A model generated the notes under the pieces. That model saw only the letters and a program-made list of their open reading frames with translations, made no database searches and had not been told where the DNA came from. Below, piece after piece: positions 52,501 to 64,000 of a stretch of 64,000 nucleotides of DNA. The position numbers were made by a program, and so were the translations under genes. The stretch is from Cetorhinus maximus (lineage: Eukaryota), in the NCBI RefSeq assembly GCF_964194155.1, contig NC_135896.1:8246001-8310000 (forward strand), read 5' to 3'. Every line of letters starts with the position of its first letter. Position 1 is the stretch's first letter.

Positions 52501-52855
52501 GTCTTGACAAGGTGGGTGTGGAAAGGATGTTTCCTCTTGTGGGTGAGTCCAGAACTAGGGAGCACTGCTTTAAAATTAGGGGTCACCCTTTTAGGACAGA
52601 GATGAGGAGAATTTTTTTCTCTCAGGGGGTTGCGCGACTTTGGAACTCTCTGCCTCAGAAGACGGTGGAGGCAGGATCATTGAATATTTTTAAGGCAGAG
52701 GGAGATAGATTCTTGTTAGGCAAGAGGATCAAAGGTTGTTGGGGGTAGATGGGAATGTGGAACTTGAAACACAAACAGATCAGCCATGATCTTTATCAAA
52801 GGCAGATCAGGCCCGATGGGCTGAATGGCCTACTTCTGCTCCTATTTGATACGTT
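49545..52855 (+). mobile_element. CR1 LINE ORF2 (RT and 3' end), split by an opposite-strand LINE
   Basis: GNYRPVSLTSVVGKLLE...QHGFVKGKSCLTNLL...YLDLQKAFDKVPH; GPQLFTIYINDLD; continues at 52245-52748 (LEFRRVRGDLI...LWNSLP). Frameshifted. Confidence 0.93.
50855..52228 (-). mobile_element. CR1/L2-group LINE RT-to-3' end nested in CR1
   Basis: ORF 51223-52299 NYRPISLLS...QFGFR...LDIKAAFD...GVPQGS...FTDD; ORF 50912-51217 is the C-terminus. Confidence 0.93.
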
Positions 52856-53373
52856 TGCATGTCTCTCCTTCATTCCTGTCTTTCCTTCCTTTCTGTCTTT
52901 CTCTCTTACTTTCTAAGCCCATTTCACACATCTATGTCATTTTATTACTGTAAGGGGCTGAGATTTGTAAAATTGGATTTGTAAGGGTTAATATGTGGGA
53001 CTGTGTGAATAGCGCCTCACATGACTAAGAGTCTGAAAAAGAGAATGTTCATGGTTTCAGCAATGCAACACCTAGTCATGGATAGCTGTGTATAGTTTAG
53101 TTGTATAAAATAAACCAGTTGTTGTTTGAATATACCAACATCTCAGTAATCATTCAGAAGCTAGACTAACCAACATACAACATGCTGACAATGGCAATGG
53201 ACCCAAAACACTGAAGATTCAACTTTAAAGAAGGTTAGATGTCAGACCTGTAAAAGTGCAGCCGAAACTGCAGAACTCTGTAAGATACAATTGAAGAGTT
53301 CCACAACTGCTCCTTAGATGAAGAGTCAGAAAATCAACTTTCAAAGATCATTCAAGGCTGTGGCCACAGCACG

Positions 53374-53819
53374 TGGTGATCTATGAAGAAAATGCTGATC
53401 CAGTGATCGGAGATTTCGAGTTGGAGAACCAAGCAAAGATCGTGGAACTGGTGAGCAACCCTCACAAAGGGTAAAATTCAATTTTAATGGTGCATTGTGC
53501 AGGCAGCACTGGGAAAACCAGATTCCCTACCAAGGGTGGGTTACAGAAAGCCTGGGTCCGAGAAGAAAAAGCGGCAGCAAACGCTCGATGCTCCAAGGGG
53601 AGGGAGTGAAGTAATTATTGAAATAACTTAAAGCAAAGCAGTTTTTAACAATTTTGCAGTGTTCAAGAAATCTGGTTTTCCCAGTGCTGCCTGCACAATG
53701 CACCATTAAAATTGAATTTTACCCTTTGTGAGAGTTGCTCACCAGTTCCATGATCTTTGCTTGGTTCTCCAACTCGAAGTCTACAATAGCTGGATCAGCA
53801 TTTTCTTCACAGGCCACCA
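53374..53819. repeat. 151-bp inverted repeat with 144-bp spacer
   Basis: Arms 53374-53524 and 53669-53819, about 10 mismatches by manual alignment; the inner 64 bp are perfect. Confidence 0.93.
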
Positions 53820-54979
53820 GGTAATAAATACCAAGTGAAGCTGATGTAATCAGGAATTCTCTCTTTTAATTAGAAGAGTTTGTGTAGACCTCAATCTTAT
53901 CAGGCAAATGAAAGAAGTCGATCAGCAAGAACGCAAGGGTGACTTTAGAAATGAATCCTTGAAATTATCCAACTGAAATGAAGATCCGGATTGCAACTTC
54001 AGAGCTGACCTTTTTGACACTCTTCACAGAGACCGAGAGTCCAGCTGTTTGGCAGGAGGACGTCTAGGAAGGGGGAGGTCCACCCACTTACAATGAAGGT
54101 ACAGTGAAAAGATCAGACCAGAAAAAAACACGAGAATGAGAGTGATCACTCACCGCTCTGTAATATTTCTCAAAAGTGGAAGAACTGGTGATGAAATACA
54201 CTGTTCAAATACTACACTCATCCAATAGTGGTGATCTTCTAGAAAGTACATCTACACCTATCCATCCACCAAAAGTGATCCTCTAGGAGGCTAGCAGTCA
54301 AAGAAGTTAAAAACTAGACATGGAACCAGGCCATACAATGTCTGCCTTTTCTACATGGGACGAAAATGAACTTATTGATAAACCAGGTGTGCTGGATCTT
54401 GAGGGAAACCAAGACATTGATCAAGTGGATCCCCCACAGTGCCCATCCTATCCAAAGAATTACTTCCCAGGATAGAAGTCCAGGACTATCCGAGAGTTCC
54501 GGAATGAGAGACGTCAAGGAGTCATCGCTCCAGGAATAAGGAAGGACAGAAAAAGACGAACAAAGGAAAGAGGGCAAACTGAAGAAGCAAGGATAGGGGG
54601 CATGTGCAATGCAAAGAGAGAGATAAACCTGCAAAATCAAATAGAGAGGGAAATGTGGTCATGAAAAGTATAACTGTAAAGAGAGGAAGAAATGGATCAA
54701 GTCCAGATCCAGAATTCAGACCAAGGGAAAGAAGAAGTAATAGTCCAAAGAGATAACAATCACCAAAGGCCTATTTAGTACATACTTTAGAAGGTACTAT
54801 ACATAGAAACCAGAGGAATTTTATTTCTATTCATCAAAGACGACAATCATTTGGAAGAACCAGATGTTAAGTCAGAAATTAATAAAGAACCAGATACTAT
54901 AACACTAAATGAAGACCACGCAAAAACAGAATTACCTGGAAAAACTCAGCAGGTCTGGCAGCAACGGTGGAGAAGAAAA

Positions 54980-55019
54980 GAGTCGACGTTTCGAGTCCAC
55001 ATGACCCTTCAACAGAACT
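54980..55019 (-). ncRNA. Minimal hammerhead-ribozyme motif (variant core) in the Penelope terminus
   Basis: Minus strand agtt-CUGUUGA-A-GGGUC(augug)GACUC-GAAAC-GUC-gact. Confidence 0.6.
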
Positions 55020-55385
55020 GAGTATAGTTAGGAGAGGGGTGAAATATAAGCTGGTTTAAGGTGGGGGGCGGGGGGAGAGAAGTTGAGGGTGGGGTGGTTG
55101 TAGGGACAAGCAAGCAGTGATAGGAGCAGATAATCAAAAGATGTCACAGACAAAAGGATCAAAGAGGTGTTGAAGGTGGTATCATCTAAGAAAATGTGCT
55201 AATTAAGAATGGATGGCAGGACACTCAAGGTACAGCTCTAATGGGGGTGGGGTGGAAAGACTGACAAGATATTAGTTGTAGATTTAAAAATAATGGAAAT
55301 AGGTGGGAAAAGAAAAATCTACATAAATTATTGAAAAAAACAAAAGGGAGGGGGAAGAAACGGGGTGGGGATGGAGGGAGGGAGT

Positions 55386-57512
55386 TTAAGATCTAAAGTT
55401 GTTGAATTCAATATTCAGCCCGGAAGGCTGTAAAGTGCCTAGTTGGAAGATGAGGTGCTGTTCCTCCAGTTTGCGTTGGGCTTCACTGGAACAATGCAGC
55501 AAGCCAAGGACAGACATGTGGGCAAGAGAACAGGGTGGAGTGTTAAAATGGCAAGCGACAGGGAGGTTTGGGTCTTTCTTGCGGACAGACCGCAGGTGTT
55601 CCGCAAAGCGGTCGCCCAGTTTGTGTTTGGTCTCTCCAATGTAGAGGAGACCGCATTGGGAGCAACGAATGCAGTGGACTAAGTTAGGGGAAATGCAAGT
55701 GAAATGCTGCTTCACTTGAAAGGAGTGTTTGGGCCCTTGGACGGTGAGGAGAGAGGAAGTGAAGGGGCAGGTGTTGCATCTTCTGCGTGGGCATGGGGAG
55801 GTGCCATAGGTGGGGGTTGAGGAGTGGACCAGGGTGTCCCGGAGGGAATGATCCCTACGGAATGCCGTCAGGGGGGGTGAAGGGAAGATGTGTTTGGTGG
55901 TGGCATCATGCTGGAGTTGGCGGAAATGGCGGAGGATGATCCTTTGAATGCGGAGGCTGGTGGGGTGATAAGTGAGGACAAGGGGGACCCTATCTTGTTT
56001 CTGGGAGGGAGGTGAAGGCGTGAGGGCAGATGCGCGGGAGATGGGCCGGACATGGTTGAGGGCCCTGTCAACGACCGTGGGTGGAAAACCTCGGTTAAGG
56101 AAGAAGGAGGACATGTCAGAGGAACTGTTTTTGAAGGTAGCGTCATCAGAACAGATGCGACGGAGGCGAAGGAACTGAGAGAATGGGATGGGGTCCTTAC
56201 AGGAAGCGGGGTGTGAAGAGCTGTAGTCGAGGTAGCTGTGGGAGTCGGTAGGCTTGTAATGGATATTGGTGGACAGTCTATCATCAGAAATTGAGACAGA
56301 GAGGTCAAGGAAGGGAAGAGAAGTGTCAGAGATGGACCATGTGAAAATGATAGAGGGGTGGAGATTGGAAGCAAAATTAATACATTTTTCCAGATCCCAA
56401 CGAGAGCATGAAACAGCACCGAAGTAATCATCGATGTACCGGAGAAAGAGTTGTGGGAGGGGGCCGGAGTAGGACTGGAACAAAGAATGTTCCACATACC
56501 CCATAAAGAGACAGGCATAGCTGGGGCCCATGCAGGTACCCATAGCCACACCTTTTATTTGGAGGAAGTGAGAGGAGTTAAAGGAGAAATTGTTCAGTGT
56601 GAGAACAAGTTCAGCCAGACGGAGGAGAGTAGTGGTGGATGGGGATTGTTCGGGCCTCTGTTCAAGGAAGAAGCTAAGGGCCCTCAGACCATCCTGGTGG
56701 GGGATGGAGGTGTAGAGGGATTGGACGTCCATGGTGAAGAGGAAGCGGTTGGGGCCAGGGAACTGGAAATTGTTGATCTGACGTAAGGTGTCAGAGGAAT
56801 CACGGATGTAGGTGGGAAGGGACTGGACAAGGGGAGAGAGAAGGGAGTCAAGATAACGAGAAATGAGTTCCATGGGGCAGGAACAGGCTGACACGATCGG
56901 TCTGCCGCGACAGTTCTGTTTGTGGATTTTGGGTAGGAGGTAGAAGCGGGCCGTCCGAGGTTGGGCAACTATCAGGTTGGAAGCTGTCGGAGGAAGATCT
57001 CCAGAGGAGATGAGGTCAGTGACAGTCCTGGAAATAATGGCTTGATGTTCCGTGGTGGGGTCATGGTCCAGGGAGAGGTAGGAGGAAGTGTCTGCGAGTT
57101 GACGCTCAGCCTCCGCGAGGTAGAGGTCAGTGCGCCAGACAACAACAGCACCACCCTTGTCAGCGGGTTTGATGACAATGTTGGGGTTGGACCTGAGAGA
57201 ATGGAGTGCAGTAAGTTCAGAGAGAGACAGATTAGAATGGGTGAGAGGAGCAGAGAAATTGAGATGGCTAATGTCACGCCGACAGTTATCAATGAAAAGA
57301 TCAAGAGAAGGTAAGAATCCAGAGGGAGGGGTCCAGGTGGAGGGAGAATATTGGAGGTGGGTAAAAGGATCCGTTGAACGGGGAGAGGACTCCTGCCCAA
57401 AGAAGTGAGCACGGAGATGAAGACGGTGGAAGAAGAGTTCAGCATCGTGCCGAGCCCGAAATTCATTGAGATGAGGGCGTAAGGGTATGAAACTAAGTCC
57501 TTTGCTGAGCAC
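55386..57512 (-). CDS. Penelope RT + GIY-YIG endonuclease ORF (708 aa, uninterrupted)
   Basis: IKPADKGGAVVV, FYLLPKIHK, DVQSLYTSIP, GVAMG, RYIDD, LPFLD and C-terminal CIRCSQCGLLYIGET...RFAEH...GLN. Confidence 0.92.
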   Translation of the reverse strand: MLSKGLSFIPLRPHLNEFRARHDAELFFHRLHLRAHFFGQESSPRSTDPFTHLQYSPSTWTPPSGFLPSLDLFIDNCRRDISHLNFSAPLTHSNLSLSELTALHSLRSNPNIVIKPADKGGAVVVWRTDLYLAEAERQLADTSSYLSLDHDPTTEHQAIISRTVTDLISSGDLPPTASNLIVAQPRTARFYLLPKIHKQNCRGRPIVSACSCPMELISRYLDSLLSPLVQSLPTYIRDSSDTLRQINNFQFPGPNRFLFTMDVQSLYTSIPHQDGLRALSFFLEQRPEQSPSTTTLLRLAELVLTLNNFSFNSSHFLQIKGVAMGTCMGPSYACLFMGYVEHSLFQSYSGPLPQLFLRYIDDYFGAVSCSRWDLEKCINFASNLHPSIIFTWSISDTSLPFLDLSVSISDDRLSTNIHYKPTDSHSYLDYSSSHPASCKDPIPFSQFLRLRRICSDDATFKNSSSDMSSFFLNRGFPPTVVDRALNHVRPISRASALTPSPPSQKQDRVPLVLTYHPTSLRIQRIILRHFRQLQHDATTKHIFPSPPLTAFRRDHSLRDTLVHSSTPTYGTSPCPRRRCNTCPFTSSLLTVQGPKHSFQVKQHFTCISPNLVHCIRCSQCGLLYIGETKHKLGDRFAEHLRSVRKKDPNLPVACHFNTPPCSLAHMSVLGLLHCSSEAQRKLEEQHLIFQLGTLQPSGLNIEFNNFRS

Positions 57513-57938
57513 TGAATGTTCAGCATCGGAGAGGGGAAGGTCAGGGGGTAGACTGATCTTCCAAGTCTGACAAGAACACGATCAGGGGGAGTTGTGAAGT
57601 CACCTGACAGATTGAACCTGTGATGTCAGAGACTTGGCAGGGGAGATGGGTTTGTATGTAAATATGGAAGTAAAAAATATTCATGGAGACTTGAGGGGAG
57701 ATGTAGTACTAGGTTTGTAACGGTTAATGTGTGGGACTGTGTAAATAGCATCCCCCATAATAAAGATATAAGAGGCACATGACTAAGAGTCTGAGAAGGA
57801 GAATGTTCATGGCTTCAGCAGTGTATCACCTAGTTAAGGATAGCTATATATAGTTTAGAGCATAAAACAAACCAGTTGTTGCTTGAACACACCAACATCT
57901 CAGTAATCATTCCGAAACTAGACTAACCAACATATAAT

Positions 57939-58473
57939 AGATTTTACGCCCTGAGCCGAGCATGGTTTTGGCAAGGTGTGCGCATAAAATACAATGGGTA
58001 GCAAGCCCACGACCTTCCCGCCCAGCCCCCACCCCAGTCTCCAATATAGGAGAGGTGGGTCAGTGCCAGAATTGGCTTCCCATTCGCCATATTTAAATAA
58101 ATAACTAAGGGTCAATTGAGCTTGATAACAGCTCAGTTGACCTGTATGATATGCTGCTGTGCCATAACACAGCTGGCAATGGGCAGATGAGTGAGAGTGG
58201 ATAGGCCATTTAAAAAAAAATTGTGAAGGAAGGTGGGGGTACATCATCATGTCCCCTGTGCACACCAGGGGCACCACCCTAAGATGTTAATCCCTCACTT
58301 TGTTCTTCCCTGCCTGACTTCCAAAAATGTACCCTTCCACCCCCCCTGGTCCCCCTCCCTGGGCTCACTTGGGTCTGGGCACCATGGCTGCCTTCCTTGT
58401 GGGGCTACTTGCAGTCCCAGCAGCGCCCATTACTCCGCCTTGATGCTGTCCATCCCCCCATAAATTCCAGCCC
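57939..58473. mobile_element. MITE-like element whose left TIR was split by the LTR element
   Basis: Removing the LTR element restores ggggctgagattttac..., which pairs with ...cataaattccagccc at 58459-58473. Confidence 0.65.
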
Positions 58474-61400
58474 AGTATTTATTCTGGAATTATTAGGTGT
58501 GAACTGAATTTTTTTTAAAGGAATGGTCAGTCCTCAGAGATTAACTCCAACAGAGAACAAGCATTTGTCAGGTAAGGGTGAAAAGTGAAATGGACTAAAG
58601 GCAAGTAAATGGAGTTAAGGTACAGATCAAGGGGCTGAATGGCCTGTTACTATTCCTATGTTTCTATTCCTGGAGCTCATGGCTATCTAAGAGTTACAGA
58701 TGATAGATATACAGAATATTCTGATCTTCTGTCTTTGCGACAAGCTTTGCCATTGAGCTAGCAACATTTCTTGCATTTTTTGGCATTCATTTAGCACGCA
58801 GGCTTCACCTATACACCTGCCAAGATGAATAACACACTTTCTGATTTTCTAAAGAAGGAGTATAATTTCTGAGCCACTGCCAGGTCGACGACCCCTCATC
58901 AGAGCAATACCAATGCTGACTTCAAACACAAGATGGTGACGAACAATGTGCAAGCGAACGATAGTTGAATTGTTAAGATTCACGTAAGAGAGTCATCATA
59001 AAAGAAAAATACTGCAGACGTTGGAAACCTGAAATAAAAACAGAAAGTGCTGGAAAAACACAGCAGGTTTGGCAGCATCTGTGGAAAGTGAAACAGAGTT
59101 AATGTTTGAATTGAACATAACTGCTCTTCAGAACTCTTCCTCTTAATATATTTTCTATGAGAGTTATCACCCTGCTTTACCTCGAACAAATTCATTTGGG
59201 CCCTTAGAAAAAGTGCTTGACTTACAGGCCCAGTTGCATGAGGCGACTGAGAACATTTGGGATTTGCTGCTTCTCTCCGTGGCCAGCTCACCTGTCGAGT
59301 TTGTAATGGGGCTGTAGAACTCAAGTCACAACCATTCCAGTTTTTGATTATCTGGACCGGTTTTCTCTTGCCCCAAGTTACCCCACCCCACCCCACCCCC
59401 CCACCAAACAATTCCGCTTTGCTTTGGACAAAGGCGTCTGGCCTGACAAAATTATCCAGAGAGGAACAAATGAATGAAGATTTTTTTTATTTATTCATGG
59501 GATGCGGGCATTGTTGGCTCAGCCAGCATTTATTGGCCCGACTCTAATTGCCCTTGAGAAGGTGGTGATGAGCCGCCTTCTTGAACCGTTGCATTCCATG
59601 TGAGGTAGGTACACCCACAGTGCTGTTAGGAATGGAGTTCCAGGATTTTGACTCAGTGACAATGAAGGAACGACAATGTGCTTCCAAGTCAGGATGGTGT
59701 GGTGGCTTGGAGGGGCACTTGAAGGTGGTGGTGTTCCCATGCATCTGCTGCCCTTGTCCTTCAAGGTGGTAGAGGTCACGAGTTTGGAAGCTTAGGCTGA
59801 CATTTGAATCTGTAACCACTTGGATTGGGATTCCAGCTTTATTCCATTGTCGGAGCCACTGGGCTGAGTTCTAGGTATGGTAGATAACTCAGAGATTCGA
59901 CTAAATTCAACCCTGTAAGATGTAGGATGGAAAGGCACCGATGCAGCCCTAATCCTTATATGGTTCGGGTCCTCAGTGAAGTACTTAAATAATGTAATTC
60001 ATTTGTACTTCAGTGCCTGTAAAGTAGGAATAGTGTGTTGGTTTGTAATTTTAATACAATTTTAATTCAACATTACCCTTCTTTTAATCTCCTGACCACC
60101 TTCTGAATTTGTTTGCCTATTTTTGTTACTATATGATTGTTATTTGTTTGCATGTTTTCAGCCTGATTACTTAGTCTATATGTGAATTTTTCAATGTAAG
60201 TCACACTGCAATTCAGACTTTGGGTTGTGAACATGTGGAAATACCATCACCATTGTCATTATTATTATTATCGTTTTCATTGTCTACGCTCTCGGTTACT
60301 GCAACAAATATTATGGGTTTAAGTTCCACTATGGACGACCACATAATCACAGCTGAAAAGTTGTTTTTTTTTGCATAAATCAAGGCCCCTTTCAGGAGAA
60401 TGTACAAGATCCCAGGGCAGTATTTTGAAGAGGAACAGCTGAATTCTCCCCCTGGTCAATATTTATCCCTCAACCAATATTACTGAAGCAGATTATCCAG
60501 CCATTTGAGGGTTGTCGCTGATTAAAAATTGACTGCTGCATTTCCTACATTACAATAGTAACTACACTTCAATGGCTTTAAAATGTATTTTTTTCCTGAA
60601 GTGAATTAAAATGCTTTTCCCATTTTGGCATGTGTTTTAAATGTTGATTTTCTGATATGCGGTGCAACAGCTAAGGTGAATGTGTTAAATGTAATAGCTT
60701 TAGATTCCCTCTTTGGGATACAATCCTCAGACGAATTATCTGGTTATTGGATCTATTTCTTGGGGAACTTGCTGATCGAAAATTGGCTTCCCTGTTTGCC
60801 TACGTTACAACTGTGACTACACTTCAAAAATAATTCATGGGGCTGTAAAGTGCTTTGGGTTGTTAAAAATCATTGCTAAGTGCAAGTATCATGAGTCTTC
60901 CCTTTAAATATGAATCAGTAGCACCCCCCAGTGATCTGTATTTACAGAGGCATCTTTAGTGGTGGCGTGCTCTGTCTAAGGGAGCACTGGTATGGATATG
61001 TTTCTTATTCGTTCATGGGATGTGGGCGTTGCTGGCTAGGCCAGTATTTATTTCCCGTCCCTAATTGCCCTTGTTCAGAGGGCATTTTAAGAGTCAACCA
61101 CATTGCTGTGGGTGTGGAGTCATATGTAAGCCATGTATGTAAGAACAGCAGATTTCCTTCCTTAGAAGACATTAGTGAACCAGATGGGTTTTCAGCACAA
61201 TCAGCAATGGTCTCATGGTTATCATCAGACTTTTTAATTCCAGATTTTTATTGAATTCAAATTTTACCACCTGCTGTGACAGGATTTCAAACCTGGGTCC
61301 CCAGAGCATTACCCTGGGTCACTAGAATACCAGTACAGCGACAATACCACTATTCCACTACTTCCCCCTAAAACAGAGTAATGAATATAAATGTCCTTAC

Positions 61401-61802
61401 TTGACTGCTCAATTCTCCATAAGTGATATATTATCAGGTTAACTTTAAGTATCAGTTGATCGGATGGCTTTGGGTTCTTACTCCCATTCCAGAGATTTAA
61501 GCATATAATCTAAGCTGACCCTCCACTGCAACACTGAGCGAGTGCTGTACTGTAGCTAGTGTCATTCTTCAGATGAGACATTAAAGTGAGACCCCATCTG
61601 CCCTTTCAGGTAGGCATAACATGTCGCATAGCACCATTCTGAAGAAGAGTAGGGGAGTTCGCCCCAGTGTCTTGTCTAATATTTATCTCTCAAGCAATAA
61701 TAGTAAAATGGATGAGCTGGTCACTCTCACTTTGCTGTTTGTGGGAACTTGCTGTGCGCAAATCGGCAGGCATGCTTCCTATATTACAACAGTAACTACA
61801 CA

Positions 61803-64000
61803 GTCAGACTTTCCAGAGCTAGGGAGGATGTCAAAAAGGTGAACCTCAAAGGAAGCAATCTCTGGATTTCGACCAGTGTTGTGCACCAGCAAAAGTAGAA
61901 ATGGGAAGTATGTGGTGGATCAATGCACGGCTTCAGGCACGGTGCAGGAAGGAGGGCTTCAGATCCTTGGGACACTGGGGCCAGTTCTGGGGCAGGAGAA
62001 ACCAGAGATGGGTCGCTCCTCAGCAGGACTGGGACCAAAGTCCTCGCAGGGTCTTTCACTAGTGTGGTTCAGGAGGGTTTAAACTAAATTGGTAGGGGGA
62101 TGAGAATAACGTGCATAAAGTGAGAGTGTCAGATAAGATGGCAGTGGTACCTTATTAGATAGGAGCAGACTGTAAAGGACTACAAGGAGTACAAAAACAG
62201 GTTTGACTGCATGTAGGTAAAAGCACAAAGTGTGATGAATAAGGTTGTTGAGCTACAAGCACAAATAGCCCTGTAGAAACATGATGTGGTGGCAATAATG
62301 GAAACGTGGCTGAAAAATAGTGAGTACTGATTGTTTAATATTCAAGGATACAAAGTGTTCAGGAAAGATAGGAAAGGGAAAATGAGAGGCAGTGTGGCAG
62401 TTCTGATTAGGGAAGACACTGCAGTGTAGGAAAGCAAGGGAGAAAAGACAGAATCTATTTGGTTAGAGCTGAGAATCAAAAACAGTACGATCACGCTACT
62501 GGTATTCTATGGGCTTCCAAACAGTGAAAGAGAGATAGAGGAGCAAACCTTCAGGAAAATCTCAGAGATCTCAGTGATTTGCAAGAGCTATAGATTGGTG
62601 ATACTGGGGAACTTTAATTCCCTAAACATCGATTGGGATAATGTTAACTTAAAGGGAAAGGAGAGGGAAGAGTTTCTGAAATGTATTCAGAAGAACTGCC
62701 TTGGCCACTATGTTCTCAGTCCAACTAAGAAGGAGGCATTGCTGGATCTGGTGCTGGAGAATGGGATAGGCCATGTGAGCAAAGTGTCTGGTGAGAGAGC
62801 ATTAGGGTAAGAGTGATCATCTTATTATAATGTTTAATGAGTAATGCAGAATAGCATGGAATTATCCAAATTATGAATTATAAATTGGAAGAGAACCTAG
62901 CCTCAACAGGATGAGAGGGAATCTAGCAAGGGTAAGATGGACCCAAAGCTTGCTAGGAAAACGCAACAATGAGTGATCTTTCAGGAAGAGATGTTTCGGG
63001 TACAGGCTAGATAAGTTCTAACAAGTGGGAAATGCAGGAGAACCAAACCCAGGGTTCCTTGGAGGTCAAAGGAGATAGAGAACATGATGAAACAAAAAAA
63101 AGAGGGTGAATAATGTATGTCAAGTGAATTCTTCAAGTAAGAACCAGGCCAAATATAATAAGTTGAAAGGGCAAGTGAAGAGGCAAATCTGATTGGCAAA
63201 GAGAGAATATGAGAATAAAATGGTTAACATATAAGGTAACCTAAAAACCTTCCACCGACATGCAAATAGTAAGTGCATTAAGAGATGGAGTGGGGCACAT
63301 TAGGGACAAAGAAGGTGATATATGCTTAAAGACACAGGGAAAGGCTAGAATAATTAATGTGTACATTGCATCAGCTTGTAGCTCACCAACCTTATTCACC
63401 ACACTAAGGGAGAGAATGCTGACAAAATATTGGTAGAAATGGAGATGATAGAGGTAATGGATATGGTGAAGATTGATAGGAGGGATGTACTGGAAAGGCG
63501 GGCTTTGCTTAGAATGGATAAGTCACCTGATCCGGGTGGCTTGCATGCCAGGTTGCTAAGGAAAGTGAGGGTGGAGAAATCAGAATGGCTTGCCATAACC
63601 TTCCAATCTTCCCGAGATATGAGGGAAATGCCAGAGGATTAGGGATTGGCAAATATGTCACCCATGTTCCAAAAAGGGTGTAAGGACACTTCTGCTCACT
63701 CCAGGCTGGTCAGTTTAAACATTAGCGGTGGGTAAGGTTTAAGAAACAATAATCAAGGAAAAAAAGTCAACAGTTACTTTGAGAGGTTTGAGTTAATTAA
63801 GGAGAGCCAGCACAGATTTGTAAAAGGCAGGTCATGCTTGGTGAAGCTAATTCAATTTTTTGATGAAGTAACAGATAGGCTTGATGAGGGGAATGCAGTG
63901 GATGTTGTCTATATGGATTTTAAGAGAGTGTTTGACAAAGTGCCACATAAAAGGCAGATTAACAAAATTGAGATTCATGGAATAGGAGGGTCAGTGTCAG
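61803..64000 (+). mobile_element. Degenerate CR1 (ORF1 esterase end, ORF2 endonuclease, RT start)
   Basis: INARLQARCRKEGFRSLGHWGQFWG (CR1 ORF1 SGNH-like); VILGNFNSLNIDW...PTKKEALLDLVL (APE); DKSPDPGGLHARLL; many stops. Runs off the window. Confidence 0.88.

Larger units (their letters stand above)
54921..57550 (-). mobile_element. Penelope-like retroelement, near-complete ORF, 5'-truncated
   Basis: Contains ORF 55386-57512 and the terminal region homologous to 4033-4500. Confidence 0.95.
52966..57938 (+). mobile_element. Non-autonomous Gypsy-type LTR element (two LTRs, TSD AGATT)
   Basis: LTRs 52966-53182 and 57702-57938 are direct repeats. Degenerate PBS tgctgacaatgg; PPT ttgaggggaga; pol C-terminal remnant TRSGGVVKSPDRLNL* at ~57576-57623; TSD AGATT at 52961-52965 and 57939-57943. 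Confidence 0.88.

Noticed and set aside
55868-57526. Overlapping alternative-frame ORFs (227 aa, 184 aa and others)
   Set aside because: Frame shadows of the C-rich Penelope ORF.
59226-59350. Possible TSHR exon 1 ending CT|gtaagt
   Set aside because: The phase-2 frame hits TGA about 20 codons upstream and lacks the C-x-C...C N-terminal cysteine box. Exon 1 is probably outside the window.

Overview
Vertebrate genomic DNA, most likely a cartilaginous fish (inferred from the Deu-domain SINE, CR1, L2 and Penelope repeat landscape). The only host gene supported is the thyrotropin receptor TSHR on the minus strand. I traced exons 2-10 (40898 down to 6919). All junctions are GT-AG phase 2, exons 2-9 have the human lengths (72/75/75/75/78/69/78/189 nt), and the frame is open to the stop. 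Exon 1 was not found and probably lies beyond 64000. The rest is mostly transposon-derived: two young Penelope copies (one with a 708-aa RT+GIY-YIG ORF), CR1, CR1/L2-group, L2 and RTE fragments, Gypsy deletion derivatives, putative solo LTRs, MITEs and two tRNA-SINE families. The most notable non-gene signals are: seven minimal hammerhead-ribozyme motifs in Penelope-derived termini, one inside a palindromic insertion with a 13-bp TSD; complementary G-rich and C-rich tandem arrays flanking TSHR exon 8; and two long inverted repeats in LTR-derived sequence. Repeat boundaries are approximate and family names come from motif recognition, not database searches.
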